NCBI GenBank assembly: GCA_051747585.1
Contig: JBNJGH010000029.1
Span: 1-31,993, forward strand
Direction of reading: 5' to 3'
Length of the DNA: 31,993 nucleotides
Source: Candidatus Rifleibacteriota bacterium
GTDB lineage: Bacteria > Muiribacteriota > Ozemobacteria > Ozemobacterales > Ozemobacteraceae
The notes under the pieces were generated by a model. The model was not told where the DNA came from. It was given only the letters and a program-made list of their open reading frames with translations, and did not search any database. The translations under genes were made by a program, and so were the position numbers. Of the stretch, positions 8,560 to 16,984 are shown one piece after another. Position 1 is the first letter of the stretch, and each line of letters begins with the position of its first letter.

Positions 8560-9642
8560 TTGCGTATAATTTTCAGCGGCGGTGGAACAGGTGGGCATAT
8601 TTATCCGGCACTTGCAATCAGAGGTGCAATTATTGAAGATTCACGGCAAATTATTGAAACAGCTTATGTCGGCATTAAAAATGGCATGGAAGAAAAGCTT
8701 GTTTCAAGAGTTGAGAATTTGTCTTTTATGCCGGTTCGTGCCCAGGGAATGCCGAGAAAACCTTCTTGGAAGTGGCTTAGTTTCCCCTATATTAATTTTA
8801 TGGGTGTGGCAGATGCAATAAGGCATTTGCGTTCTTTTAAGCCGGATCTTGTTGTAACCACCGGGGGGTTTGTGGCTTTTCCTACTCTTGCTGCGGCAAA
8901 ACTTCTGGGTATTCCTTATGTCATACATGAACAGAATGCCTCAATGGGACTTACTAACCGATTGTTTGCCGCTGGTGCCTGCAGGGTATTTTTGACCTAT
9001 GAATCAGCTGCACCTGTAGATAATAAAAGAATATTTTTGACCGGAAACCCCGTGCGAAAAGCTTTTTTTGCCGATGGGAGTAAAGGGACTCGTTTTAAGA
9101 AAAATGATAATGAATTCTGGATTCTTGCAGTAGGTGGTTCGAGGGGAGCATTGAGCATTAACAAGATGTGCGTGGATCTTGTTAAACACGGGCTTAAAGA
9201 AATCCAGGGATGCAAATTGCTTCATATAAGTGGTGAACGAGATTATGAAATGGTAAAAAGCGAAGTTTCCCAAGCTCAAGAAAACTATTTACTTTTGTCA
9301 TATCTTCATGAAATGAAAGAGGCTTTTGCGGTTGCTGACATTATTATATCGAGAGCCGGTGCAACTATGCTTTCTGAAATCGCAGTCTGCGGCAAGCCTG
9401 CTATTCTTGTTCCATATCCTTATGCAACCGACAATCACCAGGAAAAAAATGCTCGTGCCCTGCAGAAGCTGGGGGCTGCAGAAGTGATTCTAGATTCTGA
9501 ATTATCATCAGATGCGGTTATTAAAATTTTAAAGAATCTAAAAGATAGTGATAAACTCGCAACTATGAGTCGAGCCATGAAAAAAAGCCGACCTGTAGGG
9601 GTAGAGAAAAGTATTTCACAAAAAATACTTGAAGTTTGCTGA
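8560..9642 (+). CDS. murG: Lipid I N-acetylglucosaminyltransferase MurG
   Basis: GGGTGGHIYPA, HEQN, TGNPVR, GGSRGA, SRAGA, HQEKNA; TTG start after GAGGAG. Confidence 0.96.
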   Translation: MRIIFSGGGTGGHIYPALAIRGAIIEDSRQIIETAYVGIKNGMEEKLVSRVENLSFMPVRAQGMPRKPSWKWLSFPYINFMGVADAIRHLRSFKPDLVVTTGGFVAFPTLAAAKLLGIPYVIHEQNASMGLTNRLFAAGACRVFLTYESAAPVDNKRIFLTGNPVRKAFFADGSKGTRFKKNDNEFWILAVGGSRGALSINKMCVDLVKHGLKEIQGCKLLHISGERDYEMVKSEVSQAQENYLLLSYLHEMKEAFAVADIIISRAGATMLSEIAVCGKPAILVPYPYATDNHQEKNARALQKLGAAEVILDSELSSDAVIKILKNLKDSDKLATMSRAMKKSRPVGVEKSISQKILEVC

Positions 9643-9661
9643 ATAAATTTTATAAAGCGCC

Positions 9662-9690
9662 TTGTGCAACCTTTGTAGAATTGTTATTAT
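9662..9690 (+). promoter_or_regulatory. Putative sigma70-type promoter for ftsQAZ
   Basis: TTGTGC-17 nt-TATTAT with extended -10 TG, in the murG-ftsQ gap. Confidence 0.45.
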
Positions 9691-9722
9691 CTTAAAATAT
9701 TTTACAGAGGAATTACCACCTG

Positions 9723-10616
9723 TTGGAAGAATTTCAAGCAAAAAATCGTGCATATAGATTGCCCGGGAGGAATCTGCCAGATTCAACTCAGGAAAAGCTT
9801 CGCCATAGACAGAGGCGTGCCCGATGGAACAATGTGTCAAAAATTGCGGGGCCATTTAAAATTTTTGGTTTTATTTTGTTAATCATAAGTCTATGTTATC
9901 TGGCAGTTGTGCAGCTACGGTATTTGTTTTTTTCTACCTCTTATTTTGAGCTGAAAAAAATTGAGGTTGTAGGTAACCAGACTTTGACTGCCCAGGAAGT
10001 AATTAACATTTCAGGGGTAAACCCCGGTCTTAATGTTTTTAAGCTCAATAAAGAGTCCGTTCTGGAGCGTCTCGAATCGAATCCTGTAATCAAAGATGTT
10101 GCGGTTGAACTCCAGGGACTTTATACCCTTAAAATAAAACTTTCTGAACGTGAGCCTATAATGTATGCAAAAGTTGGAACAACATTTTATGAAATTGCAG
10201 AAGATGGAACTATAATAGATACCAGAAGTCTCGGAAACAGGGATTTGCCAATTATTACAGGTCTTAACTTGCAGACGAGTCGAGCAGGTGATAAATTAGT
10301 TGAGGTAGACTCTTTTTTTATTGCACGGCGTTGGGTAAAAAAACTTGGCGGAAAAATTTTGCAGAATATTTCAGAAATAAACTTTTCAAATTTGCATAAT
10401 CCCTATATATTCCTTGAAAATGGGGTGAAAATCTTTCCAAAAAATCTCGATGATTTTAAAAAACGTTACGTTTTTTTGTGTGCATTGCTTGACAACCTTG
10501 GAAAGAATAATGTAGAACCAATTTACCTCGACATGAGGGCACCCAGTATCGTAGTTCGGCCTGGAAACAAAACGGGGGCTTCAGAAGGGAGCAGAGGTTC
10601 AGTTGCTGGTGGATGA
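9723..10616 (+). CDS. ftsQ: Cell division protein FtsQ/DivIB
   Basis: Basic N-tail, single TM, POTRA-like IEVVGN...SGVNPGLNVF, LPIITG, YLDMR; directly upstream of ftsA. Confidence 0.85.
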   Translation: MEEFQAKNRAYRLPGRNLPDSTQEKLRHRQRRARWNNVSKIAGPFKIFGFILLIISLCYLAVVQLRYLFFSTSYFELKKIEVVGNQTLTAQEVINISGVNPGLNVFKLNKESVLERLESNPVIKDVAVELQGLYTLKIKLSEREPIMYAKVGTTFYEIAEDGTIIDTRSLGNRDLPIITGLNLQTSRAGDKLVEVDSFFIARRWVKKLGGKILQNISEINFSNLHNPYIFLENGVKIFPKNLDDFKKRYVFLCALLDNLGKNNVEPIYLDMRAPSIVVRPGNKTGASEGSRGSVAGG

Positions 10617-11841
10617 TCTAGTTGTAGGCCTGGATATCGGCACTACGAAAGTTTGCGCGGTTATAGGAGAGGCGGCTGTGTCCGGCTCAACTATTAACGT
10701 GCTCGGAGTTGGGCACGCTTCTTCAGGTGATGGAGTAAAAAAGGGCACTATCGTAGATATAGAAAGAACAACTCAGGCTATAATTGATGCAATCGAGGAT
10801 GCGGAAAAGGTTGCAGATGTTGTAATTGAAAGCGTCTACGTGGGCATTGCCGGCGCACACATCTGCTCGATGAACAGTCAGGGTATCGTTGCTATTAAAG
10901 GCAACAATCAGGAAATTTCTTCAGAAGATATAGATCGTGCGGTTGAAAATGCTAAAACTGCTATAAGTATACCTCCACATCAGGATATTATACACATACT
11001 CCCAAGAGAATTTGTGGTCGATGAACAAAAAGATATTAATAACCCGCTTGGTATGGTTGGAGGTCGCCTCGAGGCTCAGGTGCATATAGTCACTGGTGCC
11101 GTAACAGCAATGCAGAACATTATAAAATGTTGTGAGATGGCAAGGCTTAAAGTAGAAGATATGGTTTTGCAGCCTTACGCCTCCAGTAAGGCAGTGCTTT
11201 CTGATGACGAAAAGAAACTTGGAGTTGTTCTGGTTGATATTGGCGGTGGAACAACAGACCTCATAATTTTTCAAAACGGTCATGTTATCCATTCCCACAG
11301 CATAGATGTCGGCGGACGACTGGTTACAAACGATATTGCCGTTGGGCTTAAAACTTCTACAAAGGCGGCAGAAAATTTAAAAATTAATTCTGGTGTTGCG
11401 CGTTCTGATCTGGTTGACGAAGAAATGAAAATTGACGTGCCGGTCGCTGGAGGAGAAAGAAAAAAAGAATACCCTCAGAAATTTCTGGCCGAAATAATTG
11501 AACCCAGAATGGAAGAGATTTTTTACGAAGTAAAAGAGCAGATAGAAAAGCATGTGGCTCTTGATGTAATACCGGCAGGTGTAGTATTGACAGGTGGCAG
11601 TTCTCTTATGAATGGTTGCCCTGAACTGGCCGAAGAAATTCTTGGGCTTCCGGTGCGTCGCGGTTTACCTATAGATGTAACGGGTTTACGCGAACAGGTG
11701 CGTAATCCTAAGTTCTCAACCGCTTTAGGGCTTATTAGATATGGTGCACAAAATTTTCGCACAGGGACTAGAGAAACTGGTGCACTTGGTGGTATACTGG
11801 AAAGAATACAATCAGTAATTAGAAAATTTTTTACAGATTGA
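10603..11841 (+). CDS. ftsA: Cell division protein FtsA
   Basis: GLDIGTTKV, VDIGGGTTD, VTNDIA, VLTGG, C-terminal amphipathic helix ILERIQSVIRKFF. Confidence 0.97.
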   Translation: MLVDDLVVGLDIGTTKVCAVIGEAAVSGSTINVLGVGHASSGDGVKKGTIVDIERTTQAIIDAIEDAEKVADVVIESVYVGIAGAHICSMNSQGIVAIKGNNQEISSEDIDRAVENAKTAISIPPHQDIIHILPREFVVDEQKDINNPLGMVGGRLEAQVHIVTGAVTAMQNIIKCCEMARLKVEDMVLQPYASSKAVLSDDEKKLGVVLVDIGGGTTDLIIFQNGHVIHSHSIDVGGRLVTNDIAVGLKTSTKAAENLKINSGVARSDLVDEEMKIDVPVAGGERKKEYPQKFLAEIIEPRMEEIFYEVKEQIEKHVALDVIPAGVVLTGGSSLMNGCPELAEEILGLPVRRGLPIDVTGLREQVRNPKFSTALGLIRYGAQNFRTGTRETGALGGILERIQSVIRKFFTD

Positions 11842-11904
11842 TAAATTTATTAGAAAAAAAAGTAGATTTTGCCTAAGGGCAGAGCAGACTATAAGGAGGC
11901 TTGC

Positions 11905-13050
11905 ATGGTGTTTGATTTTAACCAGGCTGCAGCAGAAAATGCTGAAATTAAGGTAATCGGTGTAGGTGGAGGCGGTATGAATGCCGTTAATCGGATGATT
12001 GATACGAATCTTACCGGTGTAGAGTTTATCGCTGCCAATACTGATGCACAGGCTCTTACCAGTTCTAATGCAAAAATCAAGATCCAGCTTGGTGACAAGC
12101 TGACAAAAGGTCTTGGTGCAGGTGCAAACTATGAGATTGGTAAAAAAGCGGCTGAAGAAGATAAAGATCATATTGCCGGCGTTCTTGAAGGCGCAGACAT
12201 GGTGTTTATTACTGCCGGCATGGGCGGCGGAACCGGAACGGGAGCTGCTCCTATTGTTGCTGAAGTAGCAAGAGAAGTCGGTGCCCTTACCGTAGCCGTA
12301 GTGACCAAACCATTCACTTTTGAAGGTAAAAAACGTTTTAATGCTGCTGAACTCGGCATAAAAAACCTTAAAGATCGCGTTGATGCAATTATTGTTATAC
12401 CTAATGATAAATTGCTTGAAATCTCGCAGGAAAATGTGACCATGCTTGAAGCCTTTGGCTTTGCTGATGACATTCTTCGTCAGGGTGTGCAGGGTATATC
12501 AGATCTGATAACTGTGCCCGGTCTTATTAATACTGACTTTGCCGATGTTAAAACCATTATGAGTCTGGCAGGCTCAGCTCTTATGGGTATTGGAACTGCT
12601 TCAGGCGAAAACCGTGCCGTTACTGCCGCCCAGATGGCTATTTCCAGCCCACTTCTTGAGTCTTCAATCGAAGGTGCAAAAGGAGTTCTGCTTAACTTCA
12701 CAGCTGGACCAGACCTTGGAATTCATGAAGTGCACAAAGCTGCTTCTATAGTTCAGGAAGTTGTTGATGCAGAAGCTAATATTATTTACGGCCATGCTAT
12801 TAATGAAGAGATTGGCGACGAGCTGAAAATTACTGTAATTGCGACAGGTTTTGGCGAAGAAGGTCGAGCCAGCGCCGATCCTAAACGCAGAATTATGGAA
12901 GAATTGCGCACAGTAAACAGGCCTGCTCCGGTAGAACAGACTGCACAGCAGACTCAGCCACAGCAACAGGTTGTTAACGGCTCTCCATCATACAATAATG
13001 TAGACGATAGAGAAGTTCCTGCGTTCTTGCGTAAAAGAAGAAGAGGCTGA
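11905..13050 (+). CDS. ftsZ: Cell division protein FtsZ
   Basis: [26 protein letters not shown]-terminal EVPAFLR; ATG 11905 follows AAGGAGG. Confidence 0.98.
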   Translation: MVFDFNQAAAENAEIKVIGVGGGGMNAVNRMIDTNLTGVEFIAANTDAQALTSSNAKIKIQLGDKLTKGLGAGANYEIGKKAAEEDKDHIAGVLEGADMVFITAGMGGGTGTGAAPIVAEVAREVGALTVAVVTKPFTFEGKKRFNAAELGIKNLKDRVDAIIVIPNDKLLEISQENVTMLEAFGFADDILRQGVQGISDLITVPGLINTDFADVKTIMSLAGSALMGIGTASGENRAVTAAQMAISSPLLESSIEGAKGVLLNFTAGPDLGIHEVHKAASIVQEVVDAEANIIYGHAINEEIGDELKITVIATGFGEEGRASADPKRRIMEELRTVNRPAPVEQTAQQTQPQQQVVNGSPSYNNVDDREVPAFLRKRRRG

Positions 13051-13068
13051 GACCAGAAAATAATTAAT

Positions 13069-13107
13069 CAGCAAAAGCCGGGGCAAAACAGTCCCCGGTT
13101 TTTGCTG
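13069..13107. terminator. Bidirectional intrinsic terminator
   Basis: CAGCAAAAGCCGGGG ... CCCCGGTTTTTGCTG between convergent genes. Confidence 0.85.
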
Positions 13108-13230
13108 GTCAATAAAAACTTTCGTGTTTTACTAATTTTGCCAGTGGCATTATTAATTCGATAAACTGTCCGTATTTTAAGGGCAGGTTAATATTAAATG
13201 CCGCCGAGGTGCATTGGGGCAGGTGTGTTT

Positions 13231-13539
13231 TTATTTAAAAATATTGAATAATACCTCTGCCATTTGAATCAGATTTGTTTTTGTTTCCAGATTAATGCTT
13301 TTGCCATTCCATGATCCTTTTACATCTGGAATTTCAATAATTTTCAGATGTATTAGTTCTATTGCCTCTTCTCGTGCCCTACAAAAGGGCTGCAATTTTG
13401 GGTAGTTTGTAAGCAATATTTTTAGCGATCGAACCGGGGTTGTGGTATCTCTACCCTCCAGGCTTGTATGAGCGACAACCAGAACTCCGTCCGCCCTCTC
13501 CTTGATGATGTTGTAATATTTTTCTGCCTGGGTATCCAA
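13231..13539 (-). CDS. Hypothetical protein, 102 aa (start uncertain)
   Basis: Only sizeable ORF in a ~600-nt gap; TTG start without a clear RBS. Confidence 0.55.
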   Translation of the reverse strand: MDTQAEKYYNIIKERADGVLVVAHTSLEGRDTTTPVRSLKILLTNYPKLQPFCRAREEAIELIHLKIIEIPDVKGSWNGKSINLETKTNLIQMAEVLFNIFK

Positions 13540-13659
13540 GGGTAAAAATTGTAATTCTTTTACTTTTTTTATTATAAACAGTATTCTGCATCTGTGCTAG
13601 AATTATCCGCCACTTAATGCACAAACTTAATAGGCTTTTGTTCTATATCCGGAGATAAA

Positions 13660-15129
13660 ATGGGTTTAAAACATCGTTATAACTATGAATCTTTGACCGC
13701 CGAACTGAGAAAATCAGAAAACTGGTATATAACTCCACAGTATGCCGGAAAAATCAATCTGGCTGTAATTTATCCCAATCTTTATTCTCTTGGAATGAGT
13801 AATCTTGGTTTTTTAACCGTTCATCGAATTGCTTCGTCTATTCCGGGAATTGGTGTAGAGCGATTTTTTCCCGCTTTGCAAACCGAAAAGCCGCTTGAGC
13901 ATCCGTTTTATTCTTTTGAAACCAACAGACCACTGGGAGATTTTGATATTCTTCTTTTTTCTTTCAGTTACGAAGGAGACTTCGATAAAATTCCCGGTAT
14001 TTTTTCTGCGCTGGGCATCCCGGTAAAAGCTGAAAAACGCAATAAGTATCATCCACTTTTAATTGCCGGCGGTGCGGCTGTTGCCTCAAATGCAAAAGCA
14101 ATGGAAAAGATTTTTGACGTTATTGTGCCCTGGGAAGCCGAAACGACACTTGAACCAGTCTTGACGACCTTTCTTGAAAAAGAACTTAAGCCGGAATATG
14201 TTGCCGATCTACCGGGTGTGTGGGTTCCGGCTGTTAAAAATACGATTAACCCGGTAGCACAATACTGTAATATCAATCTCAAGCCTGCATGGTCTCATAT
14301 CGTTTCAAATAAAAATGCTTTTGGTGGTGCACATATTCTCGAGGTTATGAGGGGATGCCCTCGAATTTGTAAGTTTTGCCTGGCTCGAGTAATTTACAAA
14401 CCGGTAAGAACTTTAAGGTTTGAACAGTTTCGCAAGTGGCTTGATCAATTCCCGGATTGTAAAGACCTCGGCCTTGTCGCGCCATCTTTATTTGATCATC
14501 CCGAGGTTGAAAAGATATTTTCATTGCTGAACGAGCGTAATATTCGCATAAGAAATTCTTCGGTTAAATGGGAGAAGCTCAATAAAGATATTTTGGAAGC
14601 TTTGATGCGTTCAAATGTAAAAAGTTTGACCCTTGCACCCGAAAGCGGTAGTGAAAAATTGCGAGCCGATATGGGCAAGCCTCTTAATTTTGTAAGGTTT
14701 CTTGATACCATTAAAACTATCAATGACTATGGTTTTGAAAATATAAAACTTTACTTTGTTGCGGGGCTGCCGGGCGAAAAGAAAGAAGATGTAGACGCAA
14801 CGATCAATTTTATCGACAAAATAAAGTGTAGTTGCACTAGTGCTTCACTCTCAGTGGCTTTTTCATTTTTTGTTCCCAAAAAAAATACCCCATGGCAGAA
14901 TGAAAAATCTGCAACTTTGATCGAAATTAAGCAGAAAATCAGATATATTAAAGAAGCTTTAAAAAACGGGGCAACTAAATCTACTTTTGTAAGTCCCCAT
15001 GAAGTTTACAGACAGATCCAGCTTTCCCATATCGGGTCGGAGCTGGCAGAGCAATACGCCAGGGAGGCAGAAGAATGCAGATTAAATCGACTTTTTTCAC
15101 GCAATCAGTTTTCCGCATTGGAATTCTAA
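13660..15129 (+). CDS. Radical SAM protein of unknown function with N-terminal B12-binding-like domain
   Basis: CxxxCxxC (RGCPRICKFC, 14356-14379), YPNLYSLGMSNLG, TLAPESGSE, KLYFVAGLPGE; GGAG RBS. Confidence 0.88.
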   Translation: MGLKHRYNYESLTAELRKSENWYITPQYAGKINLAVIYPNLYSLGMSNLGFLTVHRIASSIPGIGVERFFPALQTEKPLEHPFYSFETNRPLGDFDILLFSFSYEGDFDKIPGIFSALGIPVKAEKRNKYHPLLIAGGAAVASNAKAMEKIFDVIVPWEAETTLEPVLTTFLEKELKPEYVADLPGVWVPAVKNTINPVAQYCNINLKPAWSHIVSNKNAFGGAHILEVMRGCPRICKFCLARVIYKPVRTLRFEQFRKWLDQFPDCKDLGLVAPSLFDHPEVEKIFSLLNERNIRIRNSSVKWEKLNKDILEALMRSNVKSLTLAPESGSEKLRADMGKPLNFVRFLDTIKTINDYGFENIKLYFVAGLPGEKKEDVDATINFIDKIKCSCTSASLSVAFSFFVPKKNTPWQNEKSATLIEIKQKIRYIKEALKNGATKSTFVSPHEVYRQIQLSHIGSELAEQYAREAEECRLNRLFSRNQFSALEF

Positions 15130-16124
15130 GCGCAATTACGGTTTTGTTTCTTTTGCTTGTTGGTTGCGGTGAAAGCCAGAATGGTGATTCAACGGCCGAT
15201 AAGGTAAAAATAGGTTTGATGATTACCCCTAAGGGGCTTAACGATAAAGGTTTTAATGACTATGCTTTTGATGGTCTCAAAAAGGCTGAAGAAATGTATA
15301 GTGTTAGCGGCACCGTTATTGAACCGTCTAATATGCAGAACCATGAGGCTTCGCTAAGATTTTTTGCGGGTCAGAAGTTCGATGCGATAATAGCTGTGGG
15401 TGTTGCTTTCGTCGATACAATCCGAAAAATTGCCGCAGAACATCCTGAACTTGACTTCTACATTATAGATTCAGATATTAATGAAGGAAATATAAGGGGT
15501 GTTTCGTTTCGTGAAGATGAAGGTGCCTATCTTTGTGGCTATCTGGCAGCTCGAATGAGCAAAAGCAAAAAAGTCGGATTTCTGGCCGGCGTTGATATTC
15601 CTGTAATCAGAAGGTTCCTGGTTGGTTATGTTAATGGAGCTAAAGCCGCTTCTAAATCGATAGAGGTGGTTTCTCGCTTTGTTAGTGATGACTTTTCCGG
15701 GTTTAATGATTCGACAAAAGCTTCAAAAATTGCATTGGAAATGTATCAAAATGGTTGTGACGTGATTTTTCCACCCGCAGGGGCTTCGGCTCTGGGGGTA
15801 ATTTCTGCTGCAGTAAAAACCAGAAATTTTGTTATCGGTGTTGATATGAATCAGGATGCTCTTGCACCTGGTCTGGTCCTGACCAGTATGGTGAAAAGAG
15901 TTGATCTGGTAGTAGAAGATCTGGCCAGAAGTATAAGCAAAAATGAACCGCCTGAAAAAATAAAAACCACCTACGGTTTGGCTGATGACGCTCTTGGTTT
16001 AACAGATTTTCAGTTGAGTTTTAAAGTTATTGGCGAAGAAATTATTAACGAACTTGGAAAAATAAGAAAAAAAATTATTGATGACGTAGTTGATACTGAT
16101 AAAGCAATTGAAGAAAATGAATGA
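15075..16124 (+). CDS. BMP-family (PnrA/TmpC-like) substrate-binding lipoprotein
   Basis: Lipobox LLVGC; DKGFN, FREDEGAYLCG, IGVDMNQ, TSMVKRVD; GGAGG RBS; overlaps the radical SAM gene by 55 nt. Confidence 0.9.
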   Translation: MQIKSTFFTQSVFRIGILSAITVLFLLLVGCGESQNGDSTADKVKIGLMITPKGLNDKGFNDYAFDGLKKAEEMYSVSGTVIEPSNMQNHEASLRFFAGQKFDAIIAVGVAFVDTIRKIAAEHPELDFYIIDSDINEGNIRGVSFREDEGAYLCGYLAARMSKSKKVGFLAGVDIPVIRRFLVGYVNGAKAASKSIEVVSRFVSDDFSGFNDSTKASKIALEMYQNGCDVIFPPAGASALGVISAAVKTRNFVIGVDMNQDALAPGLVLTSMVKRVDLVVEDLARSISKNEPPEKIKTTYGLADDALGLTDFQLSFKVIGEEIINELGKIRKKIIDDVVDTDKAIEENE

Positions 16125-16929
16125 TAAGAGATCTATAGGCATTTTTGACTCAGGAGTTGGCGGATTAACTGTTTATAAAAAAGTCAGAGAGCTGCTACCC
16201 CATGAGAATCTTATATATTTTGGTGATACGGCAAGAGTTCCCTATGGAGGAAAATCAATCAACGTAATAAAAAATTATTCCTCTGAAATTGCCCGCTTTC
16301 TTGAAAAACTCAAAATTAAGATGCTTGTAGTCGCTTGTAATACTGCTTCTGCCATGGCTTTATCCCATTTAAAAAAACAGCTTTCAATCCCGGTGATCGG
16401 GGTAATAGAGCCCGGGGTAAGAGCTGCGGTTAGAGCCGCAGACGGTAACCTTGTCGGAGTTATCGGCACCAGGGGCACAATAAATTCACAGGCATATCAA
16501 AAGCGAATCAAAAGATTGCGCAGTGATATTGAAGTAATTTCCAGTCCTTGTCCTTTGCTGGTGCCAATAGTTGAAGAAAATATTGTGGAAACTGAAATAG
16601 CAAGGTTGGCAATTGATATGTATTTAAAAGATTTTAAAAGTTGTAAGGTTTCTGCGCTCATTCTCGCCTGCACTCATTATCCGTTGCTCAAAAATAGAAT
16701 CGCAGAATTTCTTGGGCCGGAAGTTGTCTTAATAGATTCTGCCCATGAAACTGCTCATGAAGTAAAAGATGTGCTTAAGGCCAGAAGAATAAATTGTGCC
16801 GATGGGCAGACTGGCTTAAACAGGTTCTTTGTTTCAGACAGTCCCGAAACATTTGTAAAAATTGGCGAGACCTTTCTCGGGCGGCCATTGCAGTCTAACT
16901 GTGAATTGCATCAATGGAAAAATGAATAA
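16117..16929 (+). CDS. murI: Glutamate racemase
   Basis: FDSGVGG, GDTARVPYG, ACNTA, ACTHYP; ATG 16117 overlaps the upstream stop, preferred over TTG 16090. Confidence 0.96.
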   Translation: MNDKRSIGIFDSGVGGLTVYKKVRELLPHENLIYFGDTARVPYGGKSINVIKNYSSEIARFLEKLKIKMLVVACNTASAMALSHLKKQLSIPVIGVIEPGVRAAVRAADGNLVGVIGTRGTINSQAYQKRIKRLRSDIEVISSPCPLLVPIVEENIVETEIARLAIDMYLKDFKSCKVSALILACTHYPLLKNRIAEFLGPEVVLIDSAHETAHEVKDVLKARRINCADGQTGLNRFFVSDSPETFVKIGETFLGRPLQSNCELHQWKNE

Positions 16930-16933
16930 TGAA

Positions 16934-16977
16934 AGTTGTCATAAGTCTTGACAACTGTGCTTTAAGAGTAAGAGAAT
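16934..16977 (+). promoter_or_regulatory. Inverted repeat overlapping a TTGACA box; candidate operator/promoter
   Basis: AGTTGTCA-N7-TGACAACT (16934-16956); TTGACA at 16948-16953; weak -10 GAGAAT at 16972-16977. Confidence 0.45.
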
Positions 16978-16984
16978 ACTTCAA

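Noticed and set aside
11869..11904. FtsZ start at TTG 11869
   Set aside because: A perfect AAGGAGG precedes ATG 11905
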